A stretch of DNA of 64,000 bases from a virus (IMGVR_UViG_3300029922_000013:32001-96000); one strand, 5' to 3'; positions 8,539 to 18,370 are shown, counted from the stretch's first letter. Notes: generated by a model not told the origin, from the sequence alone. Made by a program: numbers and translations.

Positions 8539-9502
8539 TTTTTTGCTCCAAAAATTCTAGGCATCTTTTGATGCAGTCTTGTTTGTCTTTTGACCATTCC
8601 TCTTCTTTAATATGAAGAATCTTAATTCCTTTAGATAAGAAGTGCGCGTCTTTAATTTGATGGTAATTTACCAGATCTTCTTTTGGCCAATCTTTGCGAG
8701 AACGACTCAAGCCTTTTACGCTATGCCAGTACTTCCCATCCATTTCTATTCCTAAATTACTTTTGTCAATAAAGATGTCAATGTCAAACCCTTTGATGTG
8801 CGGCTTTCCTTCAATTTTAACATTTACATCCCTTATTTTCCTAGCAGTTGGAATTGTAGATGTAATTGCGTCAAAAAGTTCTTGCTCACACCTAGATACG
8901 CCACCTGAACGCTTCATGTGCCCACACATTTTTGGCAAAATATTTTTTCTTTTACCGGCTCTATAAGCACTCGGACTGCTATTTTTAAATTCACTTCTCG
9001 TGTTATATTTTAAAGCTTCTGCGTAAAGATCGGCATCTGTCCAGTCTGTTCTAATGAGTCTGATCATATGTCCACAAATAAGATCCATCATATTTCTTTT
9101 TAATGCGAGGTCATAGGCTTTACGGCTGTAGTTTTCAAAATCTTTTCTGGTACCGTATTTCAAAGCTTCTTGATGCAATTGTAGATTTGTCCATTCTCTG
9201 CGTTTAAGATCCATGTGATTACAAATAACGTCTAACATCTCTCTTTTTAAAGCAATTTGATAAGCATTAAAACTATTTTTTTGAAACTCTCCTCTGGAAG
9301 TATATTTTTTAGCTTCATTTTTAAGAGCATCGAGAGGCCAAGAATAATGTTTAATTATCATATGGGTGCATATACTATCTAAAATGCCCATATTACGTGC
9401 GGCCTGATAAGCTCCTGAGCTGTGCTCGAAGAATTCGGTCCTGGTGCTATATTTTTTAGCCTCAGTATTTAAATTTTTGAATGACCATTTTTTAGTCTTC
9501 AT
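8531..9502 (-). CDS. Putative homing endonuclease (tandem ~50 aa repeats plus Vsr/DUF559-like nuclease)
   Basis: Four W...EAxKYxxRxxF...AY..A......IC.HM repeats; C-terminal DIDIF...IEMDGKYWH...KD...GIKILHI. Confidence 0.75.
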   Translation of the reverse strand: MKTKKWSFKNLNTEAKKYSTRTEFFEHSSGAYQAARNMGILDSICTHMIIKHYSWPLDALKNEAKKYTSRGEFQKNSFNAYQIALKREMLDVICNHMDLKRREWTNLQLHQEALKYGTRKDFENYSRKAYDLALKRNMMDLICGHMIRLIRTDWTDADLYAEALKYNTRSEFKNSSPSAYRAGKRKNILPKMCGHMKRSGGVSRCEQELFDAITSTIPTARKIRDVNVKIEGKPHIKGFDIDIFIDKSNLGIEMDGKYWHSVKGLSRSRKDWPKEDLVNYHQIKDAHFLSKGIKILHIKEEEWSKDKQDCIKRCLEFLEQKNG

Positions 9503-9508
9503 ATTTTT

Positions 9509-9537
9509 ATAATAATCTACATTGTATTAAAAGTCAA
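9509..9537 (-). promoter_or_regulatory. Sigma70-type promoter, leaderless
   Basis: TTGACT-17-TATTAT, 6 nt before the ATG at 9502. Confidence 0.7.
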
Positions 9538-9546
9538 CCAAATTAC

Positions 9547-9975
9547 TCAAAAGAAAAATGTATTATCAGGCAATCCAGAATCGCTCCCATCATCTGGATA
9601 TTGCACGACTAATGCCTGCTTAACATTAAATGTGGTTACATTGTTTCCTTCAAATAGTTGAAAAACAACGTTCCCCGTCTGTGGCGTTGATGTAAAAGGT
9701 ATTGACACACTGAAAATTGAACCATCGCATGTGGATTGAGCAGCTACGATAGTGAACACAGCGTTACAGTCTATGGAAGGAAAAGTAACGTTCATACCGA
9801 CTGTTACGCCCTCAACGCACCCTCCTGGGATGTACCTGAGCCCGCACTGGTCTAAATCTATCAATTGGTAGTAAAGTGTGCTAGTGTCACTAGCATTAAC
9901 TTGCCATTGATTCGCGTACTTGAAGCTGTTTATGTTTTGATAACCAACAATAGGTCTTGCTGAAAGTCTGGCCAT
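9547..9975 (-). CDS. Hypothetical virion protein (Ig-like beta sandwich?)
   Basis: ORF track 9547..9984; ATG 9975 after AGGGG; first gene after a late motif. Confidence 0.6.
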   Translation of the reverse strand: MARLSARPIVGYQNINSFKYANQWQVNASDTSTLYYQLIDLDQCGLRYIPGGCVEGVTVGMNVTFPSIDCNAVFTIVAAQSTCDGSIFSVSIPFTSTPQTGNVVFQLFEGNNVTTFNVKQALVVQYPDDGSDSGLPDNTFFF

Positions 9976-10032
9976 TTTATACACCCCTAAATAGATCTTG
10001 ACAAAGTCTATTATTAAAGATAAACTTCTAGT

Positions 10033-10041
10033 TAAAGATTG
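10033..10041 (-). promoter_or_regulatory. Putative late promoter element CAATCTTTA
   Basis: Oriented toward the neck operon. Confidence 0.6.
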
Positions 10042-10082
10042 GTCTTAAACTGCTTTTAGGGCCTAAAATAGAGGTTAAATAT

Positions 10083-10472
10083 ATGAAATCTAAGAAGAAA
10101 GTACCTAAAAGTAAGCCAAAGCCAAAATCTAAGGCCAAAACACCTAAAAAGGCAAAGCCTAAGAGCAAGAAGAAGCCCGCTAAGCGAGCAGACCTAGTTT
10201 CCACTCTTATATTGCCTGCTGCTGGGAAAGACGGACAAGTGCTCTGGCTAGATCAAAATGGGGCCATGGAATGGCGTGATCCTCCGGTTAGCATAGATCT
10301 TTCTAGTAAAACCGAAGTAGCCGATGAATTAAAACGACCTTATGAAGTTCCTTTTGATGAAAACGAAGTCCTACTGAAAGATGAGCTAGTTGAACAAACT
10401 AGAGAAGAAATGACAAAATCTAGTTTTTCTTCCCGTGCGTGGAACTTTCTAGCTAAGTTGTTCTGGAGGTAA
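10083..10472 (+). CDS. Hypothetical protein with K/P/A-rich N-terminus
   Basis: 129 aa; GAGG RBS; H1-like basic tail and C-terminal amphipathic helix. Confidence 0.7.
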   Translation: MKSKKKVPKSKPKPKSKAKTPKKAKPKSKKKPAKRADLVSTLILPAAGKDGQVLWLDQNGAMEWRDPPVSIDLSSKTEVADELKRPYEVPFDENEVLLKDELVEQTREEMTKSSFSSRAWNFLAKLFWR

Positions 10473-10478
10473 TAAATT

Positions 10479-11159
10479 ATGAGTAAAATTATAGCATTAT
10501 CAGGCTTTAAAGGTTCAGGAAAAGATATTTGTGCTGATTTTCTTGTCAAAAATCATGGATTTAAGCGTGTGTCCTTTGCAGATGCTCTGAAGGATATGGT
10601 AGCCTCAGAGTTTGGAATAACGCGCAGTTGGCTAGATGACCCAAGCAGGAAAGAATTTCCAATTCATTGGCTCCCCGTGGAATCAAAGGACGAATTCACC
10701 AAAATGATTCACACCTTCATGGTGAGAGAATTTAAGACATTTAAGAATTTTTCACCTGATCCAGGATATGTTAGAGTTGAAAATGGCAAACTTGAATCAT
10801 TTATACACGATCGTTGGGAACAACTTTACCAGACTCCCAGATCTCTAGCTATTCTTAAGGGAAGCGTAAATCGTTCCGTAAAATCAGATTATTGGGTTCG
10901 AAAGGCGATCGAAGACATTAATTCGGTGGATGGAAAATATGTTATTTCTGATCTTAGATATCGGTCAGAAATAGACCAGCTTAAAGAAGCTTTTGGTGAA
11001 GTTCTAACGACTGTTAGAATAGAGAGATTTGATAGTAGCCCATCGTCAGATCCGTCAGAACTGGACTTGAATGATAGTAAGTTTGATCACTATCTTAATA
11101 ACAAAAAAACTAAAGAAGAAGTTTTTGCTCAACTAAAAGAAATACTTGATAAACTATAG
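10479..11159 (+). CDS. Deoxynucleoside monophosphate kinase
   Basis: IALSGFKGSGKD P-loop, SFADALK, VISDLRY..E, PSE motifs. Confidence 0.85.
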   Translation: MSKIIALSGFKGSGKDICADFLVKNHGFKRVSFADALKDMVASEFGITRSWLDDPSRKEFPIHWLPVESKDEFTKMIHTFMVREFKTFKNFSPDPGYVRVENGKLESFIHDRWEQLYQTPRSLAILKGSVNRSVKSDYWVRKAIEDINSVDGKYVISDLRYRSEIDQLKEAFGEVLTTVRIERFDSSPSSDPSELDLNDSKFDHYLNNKKTKEEVFAQLKEILDKL

Positions 11160-11168
11160 CTTAACTAT

Positions 11169-11205
11169 AAAAAAAGACCCATGAACTATAACATTCATGG
11201 GTCTT
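11169..11205 (-). terminator. Rho-independent terminator between convergent genes
   Basis: 12-bp perfect stem AAGACCCATGAA/TTCATGGGTCTT with a U-tract on the minus strand. Confidence 0.85.
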
Positions 11206-11227
11206 AAAACGTCAGTCTTAGATTTTA

Positions 11228-13066
11228 TTAGGTAGTTACAACCACATCGTCGAGTGTAACCGCTGTTTGAGCATATAGAGATCCGTGTACTGTGCTAGTA
11301 GTTTGGCAAGCGATGTTGGTGGCTGCCAATATAACGCCTCTGGCTACGCTGCTTACACCGAATGTGACGCTTCCAGCTACAGCCCAGAATACATTAGATG
11401 CTTGTGCTCCACCAGTAAGAACTATTTGAGCAGACGACGCCATATTTAGAGTGCTCGACAGTTGGAAAATCCAAACATCATTAACTCCGCCGTTCAATGT
11501 AAGATTACCAGTGATGGAAGTTGGAACAGTGAGTTTGTACAAACCAGGAACTAGAGTCAGACCACCCAAGGCCCCAGCACCAGGATTGGTAGCCGTTGGC
11601 ATTGTACGACCTTGAGCGTCTGTATATGCCGCACCCATTGCTGAAATGGCACTAGTCAGATTAGCTGGAGTCGGTGCGCTATAGTCTGCAGCATAGATAT
11701 CGCCAGTCACATTTGGAGCGGTAGAGAATTCTCCGCTTCCATCAAGAGTTAGAGTAAAACCGGTAATTGCCGTATGCGCAATTGGGGATACGCCCATATT
11801 CCCAGTGATTTCAGATCCCGAAGTGTCGCTAATACCAGATTCCGTGAGTATTCTGTATGTAGCTGCAGCTCCAAGATTGACAGCAGCAGGTCCAAGTGCC
11901 GTAATAGTGTAGGCTGCAGATCCAATATTAGAGTTAGAAAGACCGGCATGAGTTGCCAATACTTTTACGGTTTCACTTTGATTTACAGAAATAGGCCCCG
12001 TATAAAGAGTCGATCCCGTGGTAGGAGTACTTCCGTTTGTTGTATAGTAGAACGTTGCTCCAGTCGTAAGAGAGCTAATCGTAATCGATTGGGTTCCAGC
12101 GTAAGTTCCAGCAACTGGTGAAAAAGTTGGAGTTGCAACTTGGGAACCCCCAATAATATAAGCTGCAGACGCCACTGTAGAATTTGCAGAACCGGCTTTT
12201 ACGGCTATTGCATTGATTGGCTCGCTTGCACTTACAGTAATAGGCCCCGTATAAAGAGTACTTCCAGCCGTTGGAGTTGATCCATTAGTCGTATAGTAAA
12301 TGGCTGCTCCAGAAGTAATGGAGGTGATGGTCACTGATTGGGTTGTAGCATAAGTACCGGCCACTGGAGAAAAAACTGGAACAGCAACTGTACTAATAGT
12401 GGGAGTTGGAGAAATGGTAACGGTAGAACCACTTACAGTGGTGCTGGCGGCTGCAAGAGCAGCTAGAGCCGTATTAGTCTTAGTAGCAACTTGAGCAGCA
12501 GTGTCACTGCTGAGGATAGTCACTTCAATGCCAGTAAAACCAATTGGGGCTGGATTTGTATTAGTTCCACCAGAAACATTATACCAAACATCGTACGCAT
12601 TAGTATTTCCAGCAGTGTAAACTACGAAATAAGCACCTGGTCCAAAGTTTGGAAAGGTACTTCCTGCTGTAAACGTTGTTACAGCCATAAGCTGTTGAGC
12701 AGGTCCAACGTAAGAAGGCGCAACGCTAAATCCAACAGGCATAGAAACATTTGATGGAGGAAGTGGAAAAGTGTTAGGCGATGGAGGCAGACTAGACAAG
12801 ATTTGAGCTAACATCGCTGGATTACTAGTAAGATCGAATCCGTCCGTGATAACTTGAAGATCTGCCTGAGACAAAGTGTATTGACCTAAAATAGCGGCTT
12901 GAAAATGAGCGGCTACGGTTGCACTACAAAGAGCAACAACCAGTCTATTATAAGTAAAAGGCGAAAGGACCAAACTATTGGTGATCGCGTTAGCCAGCTC
13001 ATTACCAGCAAATACGCTTGTTAGAGCATCTTGAAGATAGATGATAGTGTTATTAGGTAGGGCCAT
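11228..13066 (-). CDS. DUF3494 ice-binding-like protein with two chitobiase-C (Fn3-like) repeats
   Basis: C-terminal AVNLGAAATYRIL...ITGNMGVSP...AYTDAQGR...TLVPGLY...VWIFQ...GGAQASNVFW...QTAVTLD; two PxFSPxxGTY...YYTTNGSTPT repeats; no signal peptide. Confidence 0.85.
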   Translation of the reverse strand: MALPNNTIIYLQDALTSVFAGNELANAITNSLVLSPFTYNRLVVALCSATVAAHFQAAILGQYTLSQADLQVITDGFDLTSNPAMLAQILSSLPPSPNTFPLPPSNVSMPVGFSVAPSYVGPAQQLMAVTTFTAGSTFPNFGPGAYFVVYTAGNTNAYDVWYNVSGGTNTNPAPIGFTGIEVTILSSDTAAQVATKTNTALAALAAASTTVSGSTVTISPTPTISTVAVPVFSPVAGTYATTQSVTITSITSGAAIYYTTNGSTPTAGSTLYTGPITVSASEPINAIAVKAGSANSTVASAAYIIGGSQVATPTFSPVAGTYAGTQSITISSLTTGATFYYTTNGSTPTTGSTLYTGPISVNQSETVKVLATHAGLSNSNIGSAAYTITALGPAAVNLGAAATYRILTESGISDTSGSEITGNMGVSPIAHTAITGFTLTLDGSGEFSTAPNVTGDIYAADYSAPTPANLTSAISAMGAAYTDAQGRTMPTATNPGAGALGGLTLVPGLYKLTVPTSITGNLTLNGGVNDVWIFQLSSTLNMASSAQIVLTGGAQASNVFWAVAGSVTFGVSSVARGVILAATNIACQTTSTVHGSLYAQTAVTLDDVVVTT

Positions 13067-13116
13067 GAAAAACTCCTTAAGGTTGACTGGTAATTACTCC
13101 AGTAGATATCTTGGTT

Positions 13117-13125
13117 TAAAGATTA
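13117..13125 (-). promoter_or_regulatory. Putative late promoter element TAATCTTTA
   Basis: 51 nt upstream of the DUF3494 gene start. Confidence 0.6.
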
Positions 13126-13127
13126 CT

Positions 13128-13778
13128 TTACAGATCGATAACGATGGGTAAGTTGACTGGTTTGTATTGTTCATTGCAAATCGAAGCATTTACGAATTTA
13201 ACGGTACCGTTGTCAAATACACCATATCCATCGTGGATATGACCAAAACAATGAATTTTGAGTTGCTCTAATTCTTTGATTTTGTTAGTTAATTCTTCAC
13301 ATCCTAAATTCATTATAGGATCGTGTGTTTTAACAGTATCCAAAATACCATAAGGAGGTCCATGAGTTACCAATATATCGGTGTCTATTGGTATTCTGTC
13401 CCAATGTTTTTTGATTTCCTCTCCTCTATATCTATTCCAAGCCCAATTAAAAAAGAAAGGTGTTATAGCAGAACACCAAATTTTTAAACCTTCTATTTCA
13501 ACAAGCCCTTCATCTATAAAGATGATATCTGGACAATATTCTTCAGCTATTTGTTTAGAAAAGCTAAAAGCGCTTTCCACACCTTTTTCATGGTTACCTT
13601 GTACGGATATTTTATGCTTAGCGTTTTGTTTACTAAACCACTTATGGAAGTTTTTAACTTCATGAGGTTGACCTAAAAAACTATAATCTCCACAACTAAT
13701 GAGTATGTCACACTCAGGAATTTTCAACTTATTAAATTTACAATGGACATCACTGATTATGACTATTTTTAATCCCAT
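13128..13778 (-). CDS. Calcineurin-like metallophosphoesterase (MPPED-like)
   Basis: SDVH, CGD, GNHE, THGPP and FGHIH motifs. Confidence 0.9.
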   Translation of the reverse strand: MGLKIVIISDVHCKFNKLKIPECDILISCGDYSFLGQPHEVKNFHKWFSKQNAKHKISVQGNHEKGVESAFSFSKQIAEEYCPDIIFIDEGLVEIEGLKIWCSAITPFFFNWAWNRYRGEEIKKHWDRIPIDTDILVTHGPPYGILDTVKTHDPIMNLGCEELTNKIKELEQLKIHCFGHIHDGYGVFDNGTVKFVNASICNEQYKPVNLPIVIDL

Positions 13779-13784
13779 GTTAGA

Positions 13785-13813
13785 ACTATATCATATGTAT
13801 TCTGATTTGTCAA
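13785..13813 (-). promoter_or_regulatory. Sigma70-type promoter, leaderless
   Basis: TTGACA-17-TATAGT with extended TG, 6 nt before the ATG. Confidence 0.75.
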
Positions 13814-13924
13814 TGTATATAACCTATTGATTTTATAGACTTTCGTGTACGGAGAGTAATAATTAACTGTAAGTACGTAATATTACGCTCGTATTGAGCG
13901 AAACCTTTTTAAAGGAGATTTAAA

Positions 13925-14389
13925 ATGATTACCAGTAATCAAAAACTTCAAGCAATTGCCCGAGATCTCGGGAACAGGCTTGCCCTTCGTTTCCAGAATA
14001 ACTCTGGTCTTAACACTATTCGGTATGCTGCAGATGCTCAAGGAGGCCAACTACTTTTCTTCTCGCATAACGGGAATGAAGCAGAAGGACAACCAGTTGT
14101 TTTGGTCTATTTGCAACAGATTTCCATGGTCAGTAATGACATTTTCGGTAATCCTGAACTTGCCTATACTCCATCGCTTTCTCAGTTCTGTTATGAACTT
14201 AATAGCGCAGGAGCACCAATTCCAGCTCAAGCAGATATCACGACCATTGAATGGGAACTTATTCCATTCGGAATGCGCCAGCAATTGGTACCAATTGCAA
14301 ACGGAACTGCTGTGACTGCAACTAGTGCAGAAGCTGCAACTCCTACGGCAGATCTTGACAACCTTTATTGGCCAACTAAGGGCGTATAA
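13925..14389 (+). CDS. Putative capsid accessory/decoration protein
   Basis: 154 aa; AAGGAG RBS; first gene of the scaffold-MCP operon. Confidence 0.5.
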   Translation: MITSNQKLQAIARDLGNRLALRFQNNSGLNTIRYAADAQGGQLLFFSHNGNEAEGQPVVLVYLQQISMVSNDIFGNPELAYTPSLSQFCYELNSAGAPIPAQADITTIEWELIPFGMRQQLVPIANGTAVTATSAEAATPTADLDNLYWPTKGV

Positions 14390-14416
14390 TTTTTTATTAC
14401 GCAGAGGAGTAAAAAT

Positions 14417-15301
14417 ATGCATACCTATACCGATAAAGATGTTGCAAAACTTATTGCGGACGTAGAAAAAGCATTTACTGCTCAATTGGCTAAAGCTGAA
14501 GACATGTCTCTTGCTAAATCTGAAGATGGTGAAAAAGACCATGAAGATAAAGAAGAGCATAAAGAAAAGCCTGAACACGAAAAACCTTTCAAACATGAAG
14601 CTAAAGACGGTGAGTCTAAGCAACATGATGACGGGGAAGAACATCATGATGGGAACGATGAGTCCCATGATGAAAATGACAAAGAACATGGTGGACAAGA
14701 AGAACACCATGAAGAAGGCCATGATCAGGGCCACGACTATGATGAAGAAGACATGCAGCACATGGAAAAAATGTACCGCTCTATGTCTCCTGGTGAACAG
14801 AAACATCATAGTGATTGTCTCGCAAAGTGTATGGGTAAGACTGAAGCTAAGCCATCAGATATGAGCAAAAATGAAAATGGAAGTCAAAAAAGGGGCAATG
14901 GCGGCGAAATGTCCGCTTGTGAACCTAAAGACAGTCCAGGTGCTAAGTCTGAAGCAAGTAAGGCCCATGGAGATAAAATGGAAAAATCAGAAAACCAAGA
15001 AGTCGAGCTACTTAAATCTGAACTCGCATCTCAAAAAGAAAAGTTTGAAGCAGTTCAAGAATTCTTGACTAAATTGGCTAAAAAAGCTGTCCCTCAAGGT
15101 AAGGCTATTACCTCACTCGATGTTATCGCTAAATCCGAAACACCAAGTGAAGAAAAAACCTTTACTAAGGCTCAGATCACCGAAATTCTTAATACGAAGA
15201 CGGCTGATCCGTCACTTAAGAAGTCTGATAGGGATGCAGTCACATCCTATTATCTCAATGGTCAGTTAAACGTTAACAGTATCAGCCACCTGCTTAAATA
15301 G
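14417..15301 (+). CDS. Putative capsid scaffolding protein
   Basis: Directly upstream of MCP; highly charged, H/E/D-rich; many xxK[SA]E motifs; GAGGAG RBS. Confidence 0.7.
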   Translation: MHTYTDKDVAKLIADVEKAFTAQLAKAEDMSLAKSEDGEKDHEDKEEHKEKPEHEKPFKHEAKDGESKQHDDGEEHHDGNDESHDENDKEHGGQEEHHEEGHDQGHDYDEEDMQHMEKMYRSMSPGEQKHHSDCLAKCMGKTEAKPSDMSKNENGSQKRGNGGEMSACEPKDSPGAKSEASKAHGDKMEKSENQEVELLKSELASQKEKFEAVQEFLTKLAKKAVPQGKAITSLDVIAKSETPSEEKTFTKAQITEILNTKTADPSLKKSDRDAVTSYYLNGQLNVNSISHLLK

Positions 15302-15321
15302 GCTGGCTTAATTAAAGGAGA

Positions 15322-16713
15322 ATGAAAATGATTGAACAACTTCAGTCGTTAATGAAAGCCCTTGAAGCAGGCAGTTATATGGCCTCTCCAGGGAATTTGG
15401 AACAGGGTGCAGCTCTTCAAGTTGAAGATCTATCACCTGTAATGCAAAACGTTACTTTTGATGATAGTCATATTAAGTTGCAGAAAATGCTTCCTTCCAA
15501 GGAAGTCAAATCCCAACTTCATCAATTCAATCGTCAGCTCGATTATGGTATCTTCGGGGGTTCTGCCCAGTTCGAAGGTGGCGTAGGCGAAGAAGACGTG
15601 TCTAACTTCATCCGTGCAGTTGTGCCTATGGCATATTACAGCACGATTCGTAGAGTGACCGTTGCTGCCAACATGATTGGTGCATTTGACGGCGTCAAAG
15701 CTGAAGATCGTTCTTCTGCTGATGCTGCGATGAAACTCGCTGGCGACATCGAGTTTGACTCCTTCCGTGGACAAGCTGACTTCTCGAACGCTGGTGTTTT
15801 CGATGGTAATCCTACCGTTGTTGCTCAGCTTCCTAACATGATTGGTGTTGACCAACAGGTTCGTCAGTCTGATACTCAGAGCAACACTCAAGATTTGATG
15901 TTTGCTGAATTCGGATCTAACCAGACCGTAGTGCTTTCGTCTGGCGGTACCCTTACTCAGTCGATCATCGAAGATTCTTCGGTTCGTTCTGCCATGAACA
16001 TGGGAGCTGCTGATCGTCTTATCCTCGATCCAATCAGCTTGTCGGCTTATAACAAAATCGCTCACGCTAAGGAACGTATCATGCTTGCTGGTTCTGCTCA
16101 AGAAGCTACCGGCGCTCATCTTCGTACCCAGTGGACTTCGTCTGCAGTGGTTTCGCTTGAAGCTTCCCGTTTCTTGTCTGGAAAGACCCAACCAGCTCGT
16201 TCGCGCGTTGGTACTCCTAATCAGCCATCGATCGCCGTTGCTGATGCAGGTGCTGCAGGATCTCTCCTTCAGGCTGGAACCTATACGTACTACGCTACCG
16301 CGTGCTCGCTCTTGGGTGAATCTCTCCCGAGTCCTTCGCAGGTAGCAACTGTGACCGCTGCTGGTGACAAAGTCACTGTCACGATCACGGCTCAATCCGG
16401 CGCTGCTTACTACAATGTCTATCGTTCAGAACTCGGTGGCAACACCGCTAATGCGAAGTTCATTGGTAAGATCAAACAGAGCAGCGGGAACCCAGTGTTC
16501 ACTGACCTTGGCAATAAACAGCCAGGTTCTGTTACTGGTTTCTTGATCCAAGGGAATACCCTCGGATTTGCTCAGTTGGCTCCATACAGCAAACTTAAAT
16601 TGGCAGTTTCGGATCTCTCACTTCCGGAAGCGCATTTTAGGTTTTTGTCCCTTGCAGCCTATCAGCCAAGAAAGAATGTGCTCATAGATAACATCACTGG
16701 TCAACTTAGCTAA
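15322..16713 (+). CDS. Major capsid protein (SPO1/Twort-like)
   Basis: 463 aa; MKALEAG...GAALQVEDL N-terminus, inserted beta domain (YYATA...GESLPS...YNVYR), P+KN C-terminus; strong RBS and terminator. Confidence 0.9.
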   Translation: MKMIEQLQSLMKALEAGSYMASPGNLEQGAALQVEDLSPVMQNVTFDDSHIKLQKMLPSKEVKSQLHQFNRQLDYGIFGGSAQFEGGVGEEDVSNFIRAVVPMAYYSTIRRVTVAANMIGAFDGVKAEDRSSADAAMKLAGDIEFDSFRGQADFSNAGVFDGNPTVVAQLPNMIGVDQQVRQSDTQSNTQDLMFAEFGSNQTVVLSSGGTLTQSIIEDSSVRSAMNMGAADRLILDPISLSAYNKIAHAKERIMLAGSAQEATGAHLRTQWTSSAVVSLEASRFLSGKTQPARSRVGTPNQPSIAVADAGAAGSLLQAGTYTYYATACSLLGESLPSPSQVATVTAAGDKVTVTITAQSGAAYYNVYRSELGGNTANAKFIGKIKQSSGNPVFTDLGNKQPGSVTGFLIQGNTLGFAQLAPYSKLKLAVSDLSLPEAHFRFLSLAAYQPRKNVLIDNITGQLS

Positions 16714-16738
16714 TAAAACTGAATAAAATCAGATATTT

Positions 16739-16771
16739 AAAGCCCCTTATTGAAAAATAAGGGGCTTTTTT
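16739..16771 (+). terminator. Rho-independent terminator after MCP
   Basis: AAAGCCCCTTATT-GAAA-AATAAGGGGCTTT followed by a T-tract. Confidence 0.9.
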
Positions 16772-16780
16772 ATTTCATGG

Positions 16781-16809
16781 TTGACAAATAGCAATCTTCA
16801 CTATATGCT
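16781..16809 (+). promoter_or_regulatory. Sigma70-type promoter, leaderless
   Basis: TTGACA-17-TATGCT, 7 nt before ATG 16817. Confidence 0.7.
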
Positions 16810-16816
16810 ATTAAAC

Positions 16817-18370
16817 ATGAAGACAGCAAATTGTAAAAATTGTAAAAAAGAATTTGAATATAAATGGACAGGCAGAGGAAATTCTTGTTCGAAAGAGTGC
16901 ACAGCTGTCATCGTTGCTAAAAGTAAATTAAAATATTCCGATGAACAAATAGAACTGGTTGTTTTCTTAAAAAAAGAAGGTAGAACTAATAAAGACATCG
17001 TCACTTTAAGTGGAGTTAAACTCAGTAAAGTAAAAGAAATTATTAAGAATAATAATGTTCTGCTTACTCCAGAAGAACGTCAAAAGCATGCTTATGAAGC
17101 GAAAATAGCAAAGGACCCGCTAGCCATGGAACGCATGAGATCTAGTAGGACTGAAGAATCTTTTGAAAGAGCTGCTAAAACTAGAACCAAAACTTTGTCA
17201 GATCCAAAATATTTTAATATTTTTTCTACAAACGCCAAAAATGTATGGATCGACTTTCGCGACAATCCTGCTAAATATAAAAAGCGCGTAAATAAACAAT
17301 CTGTCTCCCAAAGAGAGACCAAGCTTGGGATGTCTTTGGAGAAATACGAAGAACTGTTGCTTATAATTAAGAAAGAAGTAGAAGATAAAAAAGAAACAAT
17401 CACATCTGCATCACAAAAATATGAAATATCCTTTATAACTACGCTCCGACAGTTTCATAAACGTGGCTGGGGTGATCTCGTTTCTAGTTTTGTCTCCAAA
17501 GCCCAACTGGATATCTATAACTATGTAAAAAGTATTACCGATAAAACTATACTTTTGAATGACAGAACCGCTCTTAGAGGAACAGAACTAGATGTTTATG
17601 TTCCAGAATTAAGATTTGGTATAGAGTTCAACGGATTGTATTGGCATTCTTCCGGATCGGATCAATTCAAGAAGATGTCTCACGTCAAAAAAATACAAAA
17701 ATGCCTAGACAATAACGTTAGCCTATTGGCTATTTATGAAGACGAATGGAAAAATGAGGCAAAACAAGAACTGATCAAGAAAATGATCGCTTATCGTCTT
17801 AAAGTGTTAAAACCAAAAACATTGAGTCCTAGAAAACTTGAATTGAGACTGCTTCCCTCTAATTCGCAGTTTAAAGGTTTCTTCGAAAAACATCATATCG
17901 ATGGACACTCAAACGCTTCCTTTGCCTATGGTTTTTTTAAGGGAGAGGAATTGATATTTTGTGCTTCTTTTAGAACGAATTTTAACAAGGAATTAGAAAT
18001 CGCCAGACTTGCGTCTAATTATGATTACTCAGTCCCAGGTGCTCTTGGAAAAATTCTTAAGAAGATAAATCAACCTATCGTAAGCTATTCCAATAATCGT
18101 TTATCTCATGGAAATATTTACGTTCAAAATGGCTTTGTAGAAATAACCAAAAGTCATCAACCCTCCTATTGGTACACAGACCTTAAAACTAGAGTTTGGC
18201 GCTTTAAATGTAAAAGGAACAATGATCCAGTTATTATTGCTCAATTCCCTACTGAACAAACCCAAGCTGAAAATGGAGTATTTAGTCAAAAACTCTTTGG
18301 AGATGACAGACCTTTATTTAGAATTGAAGACTATGGTCACAGAAAATGGCTTTGGAATCCTAGCACTTAG
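16817..18370 (+). CDS. Hef-like homing endonuclease with C-terminal GNAT-like region
   Basis: ELDVYVPELRFGIEFNGLYWHS...IYEDEW nuclease core; FFEKHHIDG...EIARLA...GNIY...GF...PSYWY tail; N-terminal CxxC/CSxxC. Confidence 0.75.
   Translation: MKTANCKNCKKEFEYKWTGRGNSCSKECTAVIVAKSKLKYSDEQIELVVFLKKEGRTNKDIVTLSGVKLSKVKEIIKNNNVLLTPEERQKHAYEAKIAKDPLAMERMRSSRTEESFERAAKTRTKTLSDPKYFNIFSTNAKNVWIDFRDNPAKYKKRVNKQSVSQRETKLGMSLEKYEELLLIIKKEVEDKKETITSASQKYEISFITTLRQFHKRGWGDLVSSFVSKAQLDIYNYVKSITDKTILLNDRTALRGTELDVYVPELRFGIEFNGLYWHSSGSDQFKKMSHVKKIQKCLDNNVSLLAIYEDEWKNEAKQELIKKMIAYRLKVLKPKTLSPRKLELRLLPSNSQFKGFFEKHHIDGHSNASFAYGFFKGEELIFCASFRTNFNKELEIARLASNYDYSVPGALGKILKKINQPIVSYSNNRLSHGNIYVQNGFVEITKSHQPSYWYTDLKTRVWRFKCKRNNDPVIIAQFPTEQTQAENGVFSQKLFGDDRPLFRIEDYGHRKWLWNPST

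Noticed and set aside
14051-14809. 252-aa hydrophobic antisense ORF that looks like a membrane protein
   Set aside because: F/M/V richness is the reverse complement of the E/H/D/K-rich scaffold; not evidence of a TM effector for mCpol.
15433-16395. 320-aa antisense ORF
   Set aside because: Lies wholly opposite the major capsid gene; shadow of biased codon usage, no recognisable motifs.
16781-16816. TTG start for the Hef-like ORF as given in the ORF track
   Set aside because: That TTG is the -35 hexamer; ATG at 16817 fits the leaderless promoter pattern.
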